The position numbers and the translations under genes were made by a program. Positions 49,710 through 60,294 of a DNA stretch of 64,000 bases are shown here, piece by piece. Each line of letters starts with the position of its first letter. The first letter of the stretch is position 1. Source of the DNA: Polyangiaceae bacterium (GTDB taxonomy: Bacteria; Myxococcota_A; Polyangia; Polyangiales; Polyangiaceae); the NCBI GenBank assembly GCA_044222475.1, contig JBGANF010000012.1, positions 1 through 64,000 on the forward strand, in the 5' to 3' direction. The notes beneath the pieces were generated by a model that saw only the letters and a program-made list of their open reading frames with translations, did no database searches and was not told the DNA's origin.

Positions 49710-50924
49710 GTGCTTCCGCCGTTCACCCATGAACCGCGCAGGATCTGCGCGACGTGCCGCCGGCCCGAAAGCGTCTGCTACTGCCGCTTCGTCACCCGAA
49801 TCGACACGGCCACGCGGGTCGTGATCCTGCAGCACCCGCGCGAGCGGGACGTTCCGATCAACACCGCGCGCATCGCCTCGTTGTGCCTGCCCGAGGCCGA
49901 GGTCCACGTGGGAGTGAGCTTCACCGACGACGCGTTCCTCCGGAAGAGCGAGCGGCCGGTCGCGCTGCTCTGGCCCGATGCCGACGCGATCGACGTCGAG
50001 CTCGCGCCGCCGACCGCGCCGATCACCCTCGTGGTCGTCGACGGGACGTGGTCCCAGGCGAAGAAGGTGGTTCGCACGAGCCCCGTGCTTCGCTCGCTCC
50101 CGCGGTACGCGTTCCGTCCCGACGCGCCGAGCGACTATCGGATCCGCCGCGAGCCTCGCGACGACTACGTGTCGACGATCGAGGCGCTGGTGCACGTCCT
50201 CGGCGTGCTCGAGCGCGATCGCGAGCGCTTCCTCCCGATGCTCGCGCCCTTCCGCGCGATGGTCGACGCCCAGATCGAGTTCGCGCGTCGCCGCGTCGGC
50301 CCGCGCCGCGCGCTCCTGCGCAAGCGCGTGCGAACCGCGCGCGACGACGCAGCGCTCCCCGAGCTGCTCCGCGCGCGCGAAGCGGACCTCGTGTGCGTGA
50401 TCGGCGAGTCGAGCGCGTGGCCGTACGACGCCGCCGAGCGGTCGACGCTCCCCGACGAGCTCATCCAGTGGACGGCGTGCCGACCAGCGACGGGCGAGAC
50501 GTTCGACAGCATCGTCGCGCCGCTGCGCCCGCTCGCGCCGAAGGCCCCGTTCCACACCGAGATCGACGAGGCGACCATCACGTCGGGCATCTCGCGCGGC
50601 GAGCTCATGGACCGTTGGGCGCGATTCCTGCGACCGTCCGACGTCCTCTGCACCTGGGGTCACTACGCCGCGTCGCTCTTCGACGCGGCTGGCGGCGAGC
50701 TCCCCGCGTCGCGCGTCGACCTGCGGGTGGCGGCTCGAACCCACTCGAAAGCGCGTGTCGGCACGATGGAGGACTACCGAAAGCGCCTCGGGCTCCCGGC
50801 CGCGGAGCCCCTCGCCCGTGGACGCGCGGGCCGCAGGCTCGCCGACTTGTGCGCGATCGCGCTGACGCTCAGCGCGGGGGCGCGAGGGAGTTCGGGAGGA
50901 TCGCCGCCATCTGCTCGCGAGTGA
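49710..50924 (+). CDS. DTW-domain (tRNA aminocarboxypropyltransferase-like) protein with C-terminal DnaQ-like extension
   Basis: CATCRRPESVCYC, ILQHPRE, NTA, DGTWSQA, YRIR, STIEA. Confidence 0.85.
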   Translation: MLPPFTHEPRRICATCRRPESVCYCRFVTRIDTATRVVILQHPRERDVPINTARIASLCLPEAEVHVGVSFTDDAFLRKSERPVALLWPDADAIDVELAPPTAPITLVVVDGTWSQAKKVVRTSPVLRSLPRYAFRPDAPSDYRIRREPRDDYVSTIEALVHVLGVLERDRERFLPMLAPFRAMVDAQIEFARRRVGPRRALLRKRVRTARDDAALPELLRAREADLVCVIGESSAWPYDAAERSTLPDELIQWTACRPATGETFDSIVAPLRPLAPKAPFHTEIDEATITSGISRGELMDRWARFLRPSDVLCTWGHYAASLFDAAGGELPASRVDLRVAARTHSKARVGTMEDYRKRLGLPAAEPLARGRAGRRLADLCAIALTLSAGARGSSGGSPPSARE

Positions 50925-51390
50925 TCGTGCCGTACTCGTCGACTGCGTAGTCGTCCTTCTCGATCTCGAACGTGCGCGTGCCGGTGACGTCGGCCTTGCC
51001 GACGAAGCGGTAGGCGATCGTCGGGGCGGCGACCGCTTCCTGGATCAGCTGGAAGCCCAGCGTGATCGGGACGAGCACGGGCACGCGGAGCTGCGTCGTC
51101 TTGTCCGAGTTCATCCAGAGCCCGCCCTCGGGCGCCTTGAAGTCGACGTCGATCGGGTACTTGCCGGCCATGATCGTCTGGCCGCGCACCGCACGGACCG
51201 CCACGTCGTACGAGTTCGGGTTGTACACGTCCATCACGATGGTCATCTGCACCGCCGGTGGGTTCCCGAGGACGACGCCGGTGATCTCGGCGTGGTTGAG
51301 CTTCATCGTCGGCTTGGAGACGCAGCCGGTGGCGAAGGTCAGAGCGAAGGCGATGACGAAGGACAGGGCGATACGGGGCAGCGTGATCAC
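50869..51390 (-). CDS. LEA_2/WHy-domain lipoprotein
   Basis: ATGC lipobox; VYNPN motif. Confidence 0.82.
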   Translation of the reverse strand: MITLPRIALSFVIAFALTFATGCVSKPTMKLNHAEITGVVLGNPPAVQMTIVMDVYNPNSYDVAVRAVRGQTIMAGKYPIDVDFKAPEGGLWMNSDKTTQLRVPVLVPITLGFQLIQEAVAAPTIAYRFVGKADVTGTRTFEIEKDDYAVDEYGTITREQMAAILPNSLAPPR

Positions 51391-51412
51391 GCCTTCACCA
51401 TAGCGGCTTTTC

Positions 51413-52309
51413 TCAGCGGGGCGAAGGCAGCGAGCGACGCGCCTGGGCGAGCGCCGCGGCCGCGCGCGAGGCGACCTCGTTCACGCCGAGCAAGCGCTCG
51501 GCGACCTTGCGCACGGCGGCGTCACCGGGGTCGCGCATGAGGAGATCCTCGACGTGATCGATCGCGGCCGCCGGGTTCGCGGCGTCCCCCATGTAGAGGT
51601 CGATCAGGCGAGCGCGTTGCTCGACGACGATCGGCGACGGGAGGCTCGGATCGAGGAGCGCCGCCTCGATGAGCCACGCGGCGAGCGCGGGACGCTGCGT
51701 CGCGCGGCAGTGACCTTCGAGCGCGTTGAGCAAGCGCGGGACCGCCGGGACGAGCTCGACGAGCTTCTTGCAGGCGTCGTCCGCGAGCGGCTGCTTCGCC
51801 GGGAGGAGGAGCAGGCGGTTCATCGCCTTCACCGCGAGCGTCGCCGGGGCGATGGGCGGCGCGGAGGCGGCGCTCGCGTAGAGCTCGAGCGCGCGCCGCG
51901 GATCCGGAGCGGCCTCGACCCGGGGCTCGAGGCGCGCGTACGCGATGGGGTGACCGGGCACGCTCTGCGCGACCTTCTCGAGGTAGCTCTCGCACGTTGC
52001 GGCGTCACCGAGGACGCCTTGAAAGTAATCGGCTATGTGCAGGTAGAACTCGGCGCGGGCCTTGGGCTCGACGCGGTTCATGCGCTGGCTCCCCGCGATC
52101 TTCGTGTACGCGGCCCCGAGCGCCTGTTCGGCGCCGTCGCGCGCGGCCGCGGCGTGGAGCTGCTCCCAGAGCTCCGTCTGCGATTCCCCCGCCTCGAGCT
52201 CGAGGAGGAGCGCCTCGATCGCCGCGGGTGGCTGGTCGAGCTTCGTCTCGAGCGTCGTCTTCAGTCGCGCGAGTCGTTGTGCGCGCGCCTTGTCCGCAGT
52301 GTCCGACAT
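51413..52309 (-). CDS. All-helical TPR-like hypothetical protein
   Basis: Helical repeats (ADYFQGVLGD, AIDHVEDLLMRDP). Confidence 0.65.
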   Translation of the reverse strand: MSDTADKARAQRLARLKTTLETKLDQPPAAIEALLLELEAGESQTELWEQLHAAAARDGAEQALGAAYTKIAGSQRMNRVEPKARAEFYLHIADYFQGVLGDAATCESYLEKVAQSVPGHPIAYARLEPRVEAAPDPRRALELYASAASAPPIAPATLAVKAMNRLLLLPAKQPLADDACKKLVELVPAVPRLLNALEGHCRATQRPALAAWLIEAALLDPSLPSPIVVEQRARLIDLYMGDAANPAAAIDHVEDLLMRDPGDAAVRKVAERLLGVNEVASRAAAALAQARRSLPSPR

Positions 52310-52367
52310 GACGGCGCCATCCTATAGCGAGTCCTGCGATTGGGGAAACGCGGTAGAGTTCCGGCGC

Positions 52368-54320
52368 GTGGACGTCCGTCTAGGCGCAGAGCTCGGGGCC
52401 CTCTGGGAGACGATGGAGCGCGAGTCGGTCCTCGACGCCGGCGCACGAACCGCGCCCGTTTCGCCGGTGTTGGCGGCCCTCGCCGAGGCGCACCACGCCG
52501 AGATGGACCACCGGCCGGACGACGCCGCGCGCGCTCTCGAACGGGTCGAGGCCACCGACGGCGCCATCGGGCGCTTGGCTGCCCTCCTCGCGCTTCGCAT
52601 CGCCGTGCGACGGGGGGACGGCCCCTCGGTCGAGCGCGCCGTCGCCGAGGCCGAGGCAATCGCCGGCGCCGCGACCGGCGACGAGACTCCGACGCGCCTG
52701 CGAGCTCTGCACCTCGTCGCCGTCGCATCCATCCGCCTCGGCAAGCTCGAGGACGCGGAGCGTGCGCTCGGTCGCGTGCTGGAGCACCCGCTCCCCTCCC
52801 CGCTTCGTTTTTGGATCATCGACTCCTTCGCTCAGGTCCTCTCCGGTCAGGGCGCGTGGGTCGAAGCGACGCGAACCATGGAAGCCCTGCTGCGCCTACG
52901 CCGCGACGCGGGCGACGTCGTCGGCCACGCGATCACCGCCGGAAACCTCGCGCGGATCGCCTGGGAGACCGGCGATCTCGAGGGCTGCATGGCGGCGGCG
53001 ACCGGCGCGCTGGACGTGCTCGGCGGAAGCGGGAGCCCGATGACACGCCTGCGTCTGCAGACGTTCGTGACGATGGCCAGCGCTCGTCCGGAGGTCCCCG
53101 CTTCGCTGCGCCGAAAGGCGATCGACGATCTTCGCGCTGCGTACGAGGCGAGCGCACCGTCGCAACACTACCTTCAAGCCTATGCCGCCCTCGCGCTCTC
53201 GCGCGCGGCCGCGGCCGACGGGGACGTCGCCGCCGCCGAGCGGTGGCTCGATCGCGCCCGCGCCGACGTCTCGTCGCCCGGGCAGAAGCTCCTGGTCCTG
53301 CATCACGAGGCGATGCTCCACCCCGAGCGCCTGCACGACCCGCGGTGGCGCGCGGATTTCGAGGCGCTCGTGGCCCTCGCCAACCTCGTCGGCGAAGGCG
53401 AGATGCGCATTCGCATCGCGATCGCGGAGTCGTCCGAAGGCGACGCTCGCCGTGCGGCGCTGGACGCCGCGTACGAGCGCTCCGCCCATTCGAACCACCC
53501 GCTGTGGACTCATTGGCTCGACGACCTGACCGCGCGGCTCGATCCCGCGCTTCACGGAGAACGCCTCGCGCGGCGTTTCTCCGGGTGGGGTCGGGAGGAG
53601 CTGAGGAAGACCCGCCGCGAGGACGTGACGATCGTCTTCTCCGACCTGGTGAGCTTCACCGCGCGAACCCTCGAGCTCGATCCGGAGGCGGTGATGGACA
53701 CCGTTCGCGGGCTCTTCGAGATCGCGGTCCCGGTGATGACCCGCCACGGCGTGAGCCCGATCACGTACATGGGTGACGGCCTGCTCGCGGTCGCTCGGGG
53801 CGAGCGTCACGAAGAGCGGGGTCTCTCGTTTGCTCGTGAGCTCGTCGAGAGAACCGATCGCATCTCCAGGCTGCGGAGCAACCTCGGCGATCCGTGGCCT
53901 CTCGATCTGCGCGCCGGCGTCGCGTCGGGGCCGGTCGTCCTGGGCACGCTCGGTAGCTTCCTCAAGCTGGACTTCGCTGCGATCGGCGTGACGACGAACC
54001 TCGCGGCGCGCCTCCAGAGCGCGGCCGCTCCACGAGAGCTCGTCTGCGACGAAAGGACGGCTCGGGCCGCCGGTCTCGATCTGCCGTTCGAGGAGGTTCG
54101 ACTCAAGGGCTTCGAGCGCCACGGGCCGGTCCGCGTGTGCCGTCTCGTCCCATCGGCTCCTTCGAAATCTGGTGCGACACCGCAGTTCCCCGTACTCTTC
54201 GAACGCAAAGGAGGCCACATGGCCAAGGGAATCGAACGGGGGAAGAAAGACAACAAGCCGAAGCTGTCGACCAAAGAGAAGCAGAAGAAGAAGAAGGAGA
54301 AGAAGGCGGCGAAGGGGTGA
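52368..54320 (+). CDS. TPR-like + class III nucleotide cyclase, reading through into a Lys-rich tail
   Basis: TIVFSDLVSFT, YMGDG, LRAGVASG, TNLAARLQ, LKG. Confidence 0.85.
   Translation: MDVRLGAELGALWETMERESVLDAGARTAPVSPVLAALAEAHHAEMDHRPDDAARALERVEATDGAIGRLAALLALRIAVRRGDGPSVERAVAEAEAIAGAATGDETPTRLRALHLVAVASIRLGKLEDAERALGRVLEHPLPSPLRFWIIDSFAQVLSGQGAWVEATRTMEALLRLRRDAGDVVGHAITAGNLARIAWETGDLEGCMAAATGALDVLGGSGSPMTRLRLQTFVTMASARPEVPASLRRKAIDDLRAAYEASAPSQHYLQAYAALALSRAAAADGDVAAAERWLDRARADVSSPGQKLLVLHHEAMLHPERLHDPRWRADFEALVALANLVGEGEMRIRIAIAESSEGDARRAALDAAYERSAHSNHPLWTHWLDDLTARLDPALHGERLARRFSGWGREELRKTRREDVTIVFSDLVSFTARTLELDPEAVMDTVRGLFEIAVPVMTRHGVSPITYMGDGLLAVARGERHEERGLSFARELVERTDRISRLRSNLGDPWPLDLRAGVASGPVVLGTLGSFLKLDFAAIGVTTNLAARLQSAAAPRELVCDERTARAAGLDLPFEEVRLKGFERHGPVRVCRLVPSAPSKSGATPQFPVLFERKGGHMAKGIERGKKDNKPKLSTKEKQKKKKEKKAAKG
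54219..54320 (+). CDS. 33-aa Lys-rich small protein, in frame with the cyclase and with its own SD
   Basis: AAAGGAGG 4 nt before ATG; MAKGIERGKKDNKPKLSTKEKQKKKKEKKAAKG. Confidence 0.65.
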   Translation: MAKGIERGKKDNKPKLSTKEKQKKKKEKKAAKG

Positions 54321-54393
54321 GAGCCTTCGCGATCGGCCCCGGCGAGCCGCTCCACCTCGTGTGGACGGGCCAGCGCCGGGGCCGTTTCGCATT

Positions 54394-55938
54394 TCACGCC
54401 ATCGACGTCGTGACCGGCGCGAGCTGGGTGCGCTGGCGCGGAAGGTAGCGCCCGCCCTCGAGCTCCACGAGGAGCCGGTTCAGCTTCTCCCGGACGAGAC
54501 AGCGAAGCTCCCAGAGATCGTCGGGATCCTTCGCCGAGACGAAGGCGCGGAGAGCGATCGACGCGTCGTCCGCATCGACCACGCGGACGGTAGCGACGCG
54601 CTTGTCCCAAAATGGGCTCTCTTCGCAGACCCGAACGAGCTCTTCGCGGAAGCGCTCGATCGGCACCGCGAAGTCGGCGCGGAGCACGACTGCGCCCTTC
54701 ATGTCGGTCCCGAGGCGGGTCCAGTTCTCGAACGACTGCTCGAGGAACCGCGAGAGCGGCGCGACGAGCCGCCGATCGTCACCGAGGCGAACGACGAGGT
54801 ACGTGAGGTGGATCTCCTCGACGATGCCCTGCTGCCCTTCGATCACCACGGTGTCGCCGAGGCGGAGCGGCTGCGCGATCGAGACTTGGATCCCGGCGAT
54901 CAGCGCGCCGATCGATTTCTGCGCGGCAAGACCGAGGACGACACCCGCGATGCCGGCCGACGCGAGGAGACTCGTTCCGACGCTGCGCACGACCTCGAAC
55001 TGGAGGAGCGCGGTCGCGATCGCGACGATGCCGATCCCGATCGACACGATCCGACGCAGCATCGAGAGCTGCGTTCGGAGCGCGCGAGCCTCGAGCGCGT
55101 CCCCGGTCGCGTCGCGATCGCCGAGCCACGTGGTCGCTACGGCGAGCACTCGAATCGAGAGCCACGCGATTGCGTAGATGAGGACCAGCGTCGTCGCTCC
55201 GGCGACGACGGAGCTCGCGGCGAGGGTGAGCGCGAGCAGCGGCGAGAGGAGCCGAAACGCGAGGACGCCGAAGAAGAGCGTCGCCGGCGAGCGCCCTGCG
55301 GCGATGACCAAGTCGATCTCCTTCTTTCGCTTGCGAAGGAGGACGCGCTTCACGAGGAGTCGCGCGATGCCGACGAAGATACGGCCGACGAGCACCGCGC
55401 CGGCGACCGCCAGCACGATCCCGATCCACTGCCACGGTGCGAGACCGAAGACGTACGGGCTGCGGAGCGCGCGCGGCACTCGGTCTTCCATGCGGTTCGG
55501 CCCATACGCGCGGGTGAGCTCCGGGATCGCCGAGACGGTCGACTTTGCGAAGACCCAATGGCTCGACCCGTCGGGCAAGCGCACGCGCGCAAGCTCGATC
55601 GGTACGGTGTCCTCCTCGACGACGAGCGCTGCGACGGAGATCGTGTCGCGCGCGTCCCCCGGATCGTCCGTGAGCGCGGTCTCGTCGAGCGTGACGTGGT
55701 GCTCGAGGACGTAGGCGAGACTGCGCGCGAGCTCCGGTCCGTCGGTCGTTCGCTTGGCGAACGGGATCGAGCGAAGGTCGAGGTACTTCGCCGCGCGGTC
55801 GAAGTCTCCATCGCGTGCGGCGGCGGTGAACCCCGAGTAGGCACGCCGTGGAGTCGTGCGATCGAGCTCGTCGGCGTGCGCTGCGACGGAGAAGAGGAAG
55901 ACCGTCAACGTGAGGAGGAGCATCTGAAGCGGGCGCAT
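54394..55938 (-). CDS. MscS-family mechanosensitive channel with N-terminal periplasmic domain
   Basis: Signal peptide, TPR(R)A...AAKYLDL, LLASAGIAGVVLGLAAQ, GIVEEIHLTY, FENWT. Confidence 0.9.
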   Translation of the reverse strand: MRPLQMLLLTLTVFLFSVAAHADELDRTTPRRAYSGFTAAARDGDFDRAAKYLDLRSIPFAKRTTDGPELARSLAYVLEHHVTLDETALTDDPGDARDTISVAALVVEEDTVPIELARVRLPDGSSHWVFAKSTVSAIPELTRAYGPNRMEDRVPRALRSPYVFGLAPWQWIGIVLAVAGAVLVGRIFVGIARLLVKRVLLRKRKKEIDLVIAAGRSPATLFFGVLAFRLLSPLLALTLAASSVVAGATTLVLIYAIAWLSIRVLAVATTWLGDRDATGDALEARALRTQLSMLRRIVSIGIGIVAIATALLQFEVVRSVGTSLLASAGIAGVVLGLAAQKSIGALIAGIQVSIAQPLRLGDTVVIEGQQGIVEEIHLTYLVVRLGDDRRLVAPLSRFLEQSFENWTRLGTDMKGAVVLRADFAVPIERFREELVRVCEESPFWDKRVATVRVVDADDASIALRAFVSAKDPDDLWELRCLVREKLNRLLVELEGGRYLPRQRTQLAPVTTSMA

Positions 55939-55955
55939 GGCCCGGAACGTACCAC

Positions 55956-56636
55956 TCACTCGGTGACACGGACGACGTCGACCGCGTGGCTGCGAAGCTC
56001 CCCGTCGCGGAAGACGTCGGTGTCTTCGCCGACGTAGCCCGCGCCGTCGCAGTAGTGGAATCGGCGGCGCACCACCGCGCCGACCACGAGCGCCGTCTCG
56101 CACGCCACCGTGAGACCGGCGGCGCAACGCTCGGGCGCGACCACGGTGCAGCGACGCGAGCTCGCGACTGGCGTCTGACCGAGGCTGTGCGATTCGCCCC
56201 AGGTCTGACCGATCACGGGTTGCGAACGCAGGATGTACTCCGGCGGGACGTAGGTCGCGAACTCCCCCGTGTCGGGGTCCTTGCCGCCGTAGAAGCCGAC
56301 CCCCTCGCGTCCGTAGAACATGTCCCAGACCTCGGGGCCGTTCGGACGCCCGATGCTGGTGATGCGAAAGACGTGGAAGCCGCCCTTCTCGCCGAGCGGG
56401 ACCCAGGTCTCGTCGAGCTCGATCGCCTTCGACGAGCCATCCGGGAACGTGCGCGTCTCGGTGACGTGGACGTGCGGATGGAACGGGAAGCGCTCGACGA
56501 CGCCGAGCACGGGACCGGCGTCGACCGGGGCGGGACCCTGCGCGGTCTCCACCGGCATCGGCAGCGCGACGGCGCTGGGGAGCGGCTCGTCGTGCGCGCA
56601 CGCGACCAGGAGCGCGAGAAAGACGCGAGCCCTCAA
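55956..56636 (-). CDS. Putative lipoprotein
   Basis: LVAC lipobox; TTGA coupling to the response regulator. Confidence 0.65.
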   Translation of the reverse strand: MRARVFLALLVACAHDEPLPSAVALPMPVETAQGPAPVDAGPVLGVVERFPFHPHVHVTETRTFPDGSSKAIELDETWVPLGEKGGFHVFRITSIGRPNGPEVWDMFYGREGVGFYGGKDPDTGEFATYVPPEYILRSQPVIGQTWGESHSLGQTPVASSRRCTVVAPERCAAGLTVACETALVVGAVVRRRFHYCDGAGYVGEDTDVFRDGELRSHAVDVVRVTE

Positions 56637-57049
56637 GACGAGCCGGGCGGGAGCGACGTCCCCATCCCCAGCGCACGCCGGATCTTCTTCTCGAGCTCGT
56701 CGATGTTCACCGGCTTCGCGATGTAGTGCCGTGCGCCGACCTGGATCCCTTTGACCACGTCGAGCGGGCCGGTGCGCGCGGTGAGGAAGATGACCGGGAT
56801 CTTCCGCTTCTCGCGGATGCGCGCGACCATCGTCGTCCCGTTCATGCCCGGCATGTCGACGTCGGCGACGATGAGGTCCGGCCCCGGGTTCTTCAGCGCC
56901 ATCTCGAAGCCGTTGAAGCCGTCGTTCGCGCACTCGACCTCGAACTCGGGCGTGAGCAGGCTCGCGAGGGCCCGCGTCGCCGACACCTCGTCGTCGACGA
57001 CGAGGATGCGCTTTTTTGCAACGCCCCGCGGCGGAGTCGCGATCGCCAT
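56633..57049 (-). CDS. Single-domain response regulator
   Basis: ILVVDDE, PDLIVADVDMPGMNG, IPVIFLTA, YIAKP. Confidence 0.93.
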   Translation of the reverse strand: MAIATPPRGVAKKRILVVDDEVSATRALASLLTPEFEVECANDGFNGFEMALKNPGPDLIVADVDMPGMNGTTMVARIREKRKIPVIFLTARTGPLDVVKGIQVGARHYIAKPVNIDELEKKIRRALGMGTSLPPGSS

Positions 57050-57186
57050 GCGCGCTACCGTAGCAACCTGCGTGCCGCGCGCAATTCGCCGACTTCGCGT
57101 CGCATCGGCCCCAACACGCGCAGCGATTTCGCGTCGACGCGCACGAACCGGACGGCGGGTGGTCGCCTTCGGGTAAGCTCGCGGCC

Positions 57187-57735
57187 ATGCGCCCCGCTGC
57201 GGCCGTCGGTCTCGTGCTCGTCGTTGCCTGCACCAAGCCCACCGAGGGTACGGTCAGTGCGACGAGCCCCACCTCGGCCCCGACGTCCTCGAGCAGCGCG
57301 ACCGGCCCGCTCGGCCCAGCGGTCTTTCACCCGATCACGTGTCCCCCGCCCCCGGCACGCCCGCCTCGTCCCGCCACTCGAGGCTGCGAATCGTGCGCCG
57401 ACGGCGAGTTCTGTCAGCCGTTCGAGGACCACGGTCGTACGTTCGGTACGTGCATGAAGAGCGCGTGCAACGGCGACGCCGATTGCCGCGGCGCCCTGTG
57501 CGTGTGTGGTCCACCGAACCGATGCTTCCCCGGCAACTGCCGTTCGAGCGCCGACTGCGGAGGCCGCGAGTGCGCCCCCGACCGCTGGCGCTACGGGCAC
57601 GGACAGGGCGTCTACTGCCGCACCGACCGAGATACATGCAAACTACACGAAGATTGCAGCCCCGACCAGGAGTGTGCGTACCTCGCAGACCACTGGGGAT
57701 GCCGACCGACGACCCCGGCGCCGCCCCCCGGCTGA
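57187..57735 (+). CDS. Cys-rich lipoprotein
   Basis: VVAC lipobox; CxxxxDC repeats. Confidence 0.75.
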   Translation: MRPAAAVGLVLVVACTKPTEGTVSATSPTSAPTSSSSATGPLGPAVFHPITCPPPPARPPRPATRGCESCADGEFCQPFEDHGRTFGTCMKSACNGDADCRGALCVCGPPNRCFPGNCRSSADCGGRECAPDRWRYGHGQGVYCRTDRDTCKLHEDCSPDQECAYLADHWGCRPTTPAPPPG

Positions 57736-57736
57736 G

Positions 57737-60247
57737 ATGACGCTCCTCGATCACCTGCCGCCCGACGGCTCGGACGACGACGCGATCCTCTCGGCGTTCC
57801 TCGCTTGGGTCGAGGAGTCGGGGCTCACGCTCTACCCTGCGCAGGAGGAGGCGATCCTCGAGCTCGCGGCCGGCAAGAACCTCATCCTCGCGACCCCGAC
57901 CGGGTCGGGGAAATCCCTCGTCGCCGAGGCGGTCCATTTCACGAGCCTCGCGCGGGGCGAGCGCTCGGTCTACACGTGCCCGATCAAGGCGCTCGCGAGC
58001 GAGAAGTTCTTCGCGCTGTCACGCGCGCTCGGCCCCGAGAACGTCGGGCTGATGACCGGCGACGCAACGGTGAACCGCGACGCACCCGTGCTCTGCTGCA
58101 CGGCCGAGATCCTCGCCAACATGGCGCTGCGCGAGGGCAAGAACGCCCGAGTAGATCACGTCGTCATGGACGAGTTCCACTACTACGCCGACCGCGATCG
58201 CGGTGTGGCTTGGCAGATCCCTCTGCTCGAGCTCACGCGAACGCGCTTCTTGTTGATGTCGGCGACGCTCGGCAACACGGAGCCGTTCGAAGAGGCGCTG
58301 ACGAAGCTCAACGGGCGCCCGACCGCGGTGGTGCGCTCGATGCAGCGACCGGTACCGCTCGACTTCTCGTACCGCGAGTCGCCGCTCCACGAGACGGTGG
58401 CCGACCTCGTCAGCAAGGGGAAGACGCCGATCTACATCGTGTGCTTCACCCAACGCTCGTGCGCGGAAGAAGCCCAGAACCTGATGAGCGTCGACTTCTC
58501 GACGAAGGACGAGAAGAAGGCGATCGCCGAATCGCTCTACGGCGTCCGCTTCGACAGCCCGTACGGCAAGGACTTCCAGCGATTCCTCCGCCACGGGATC
58601 GGGCTCCACCACGCTGGGCTCCTCCCCAAATACCGCCTCGCGGTCGAGAAGCTCGCGCAGCGCGGGCGCCTGAAGATCATCTGCGGGACCGACACGCTCG
58701 GCGTCGGCGTGAACGTGCCCATCCGCACCGTCCTCTTCACCAAGCTCTGCAAGTTCGACGGCGAGAAGACCGCGATCCTGAGCGTGCGCGACTTCCTCCA
58801 GATCAGCGGGCGCGCCGGCCGCAAAGGCTTCGACGACGAGGGCAGCGTCGTCGCCCAGGCGCCCGAGCACGTGATCGAGAACCTTCGCCTCGAGGCGAAG
58901 GCCGGCAACGACCCGGTGAAGAAGAAGCGCATCGTGAAGCGCAAGCCACCCGAGCGCGGCTACGTCCACTGGGACAAGTCCACGTTCGACCGCCTGTGCA
59001 CCGCTCCGCCCGAGCCGCTGGTGTCCCGCTTCCAGGTGAGCCACGGCATGCTGATCAACGTGCTCCAACGCGAAGGCGGCGGCTGCCTTGCGCTCGGGCG
59101 GCTGATCAAGAAGTCGCACGAGCGCACCGTCGACAAGCGGCGCCACGGCAAGACGGCGCTCGCGATGTTCAAGTCGCTCGTCGACGCGGAGATCGTCCAG
59201 ATCGAGCGCAGCGACGGCGAGCGTCGCGTCGTGCTCCACGGCGATCTCCAGCGCGACTTCTCGCTGAACCAGACGCTATCGCTCTACCTCCTCGACGCGA
59301 TCGAGCACCTCGACCGCGAGAGCCCCACCTACGCCCTCGATCTCCTGACGCTCGTCGAGTCGATCCTCGAGAGCCCGGAGCTCGTACTGCAGAAGCAGCT
59401 CGACAAGCTGAAGACCGAGAAGATGGCGGAGATGAAGGCCGCCGGCGTCGAGTACGAGGAGCGCATCGCGAAGCTCGACGAGCTCGAGCACCCCAAGCCG
59501 AACAAGGACTTCATCTACGACACGTTCAACGCGTTCGCCGCCAAGCACCCGTGGGCGTCGGGCGACGCGATCCGGCCGAAGTCGATCGCCCGCGACATGG
59601 TCGAACGCTTCGCGAGCTTCTCCGAGTACGTGCGCGAGTACGACCTCGAGCGCGCGGAGGGGCTCCTCCTGCGGTACCTGTCCGACGTCTACAAGGTCCT
59701 CGTCCAGACCGTCCCAGAAGGGGACAAGACGCCCGAGGTCGAGGAGCTCGTCGTGTTCTTCGGTGCGATCGTGCGCCAGGTCGACTCGAGCCTCCTCGAC
59801 GAGTGGGAGCGCATGCGACTGGGCGAGCCCGACGAGGCTCCGCGCGAGGCGGCGGCCCCGAGCGAGCCGGAGGGCTCCAAGGACGTCACGCGTGATCCGA
59901 AGGCGTTCACGGTCCTCGTCCGGAACGAGCTGTTCGGCTTGGTCCGAGCGATCGCGAGGCGCGATTGGGAGACGGCGGCGCCGATCGCGGGTGGCGACTT
60001 CACGGCGGCCACGTTGGAGGCGACGTTCGCTCCGTTCTTCGCCGAGCACGGAGGGCTGCGCACCGATCCGGAGGCGCGCAGCCCGAGCCACCTGAAGCTC
60101 GATCACGGGGAGTGGCAGTGGGAGTTCACGCAGACCCTCGTCGACACGAGCGATGCGAACGACTGGGCCATTCACGGGACGATCGACCTGGAGGGCTCGC
60201 GGCTCGCGGCGAAGCCGGTGCTGATGGTGAAGCGAATCGGGGTGTGA
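57737..60247 (+). CDS. Ski2/HelY-like DExH helicase (DUF3516-type)
   Basis: [58 protein letters not shown]. Confidence 0.93.
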   Translation: MTLLDHLPPDGSDDDAILSAFLAWVEESGLTLYPAQEEAILELAAGKNLILATPTGSGKSLVAEAVHFTSLARGERSVYTCPIKALASEKFFALSRALGPENVGLMTGDATVNRDAPVLCCTAEILANMALREGKNARVDHVVMDEFHYYADRDRGVAWQIPLLELTRTRFLLMSATLGNTEPFEEALTKLNGRPTAVVRSMQRPVPLDFSYRESPLHETVADLVSKGKTPIYIVCFTQRSCAEEAQNLMSVDFSTKDEKKAIAESLYGVRFDSPYGKDFQRFLRHGIGLHHAGLLPKYRLAVEKLAQRGRLKIICGTDTLGVGVNVPIRTVLFTKLCKFDGEKTAILSVRDFLQISGRAGRKGFDDEGSVVAQAPEHVIENLRLEAKAGNDPVKKKRIVKRKPPERGYVHWDKSTFDRLCTAPPEPLVSRFQVSHGMLINVLQREGGGCLALGRLIKKSHERTVDKRRHGKTALAMFKSLVDAEIVQIERSDGERRVVLHGDLQRDFSLNQTLSLYLLDAIEHLDRESPTYALDLLTLVESILESPELVLQKQLDKLKTEKMAEMKAAGVEYEERIAKLDELEHPKPNKDFIYDTFNAFAAKHPWASGDAIRPKSIARDMVERFASFSEYVREYDLERAEGLLLRYLSDVYKVLVQTVPEGDKTPEVEELVVFFGAIVRQVDSSLLDEWERMRLGEPDEAPREAAAPSEPEGSKDVTRDPKAFTVLVRNELFGLVRAIARRDWETAAPIAGGDFTAATLEATFAPFFAEHGGLRTDPEARSPSHLKLDHGEWQWEFTQTLVDTSDANDWAIHGTIDLEGSRLAAKPVLMVKRIGV

Positions 60248-60260
60248 GCGTGCTGGGCTG

Positions 60261-60288
60261 CCCCGGACTGAAGTACTTCAGTCCGGGG
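60261..60288. repeat. Perfect 28-bp palindrome between convergent genes (REP-like or terminator)
   Basis: CCCCGGACTGAAGT|ACTTCAGTCCGGGG. Confidence 0.8.
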
Positions 60289-60294
60289 TGCCAC

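Noticed and set aside
54317..54448. Short GTG ORF coupled to the Lys-rich peptide stop
   Set aside because: Overlaps the MscS 3' end on the opposite strand and has no other support.
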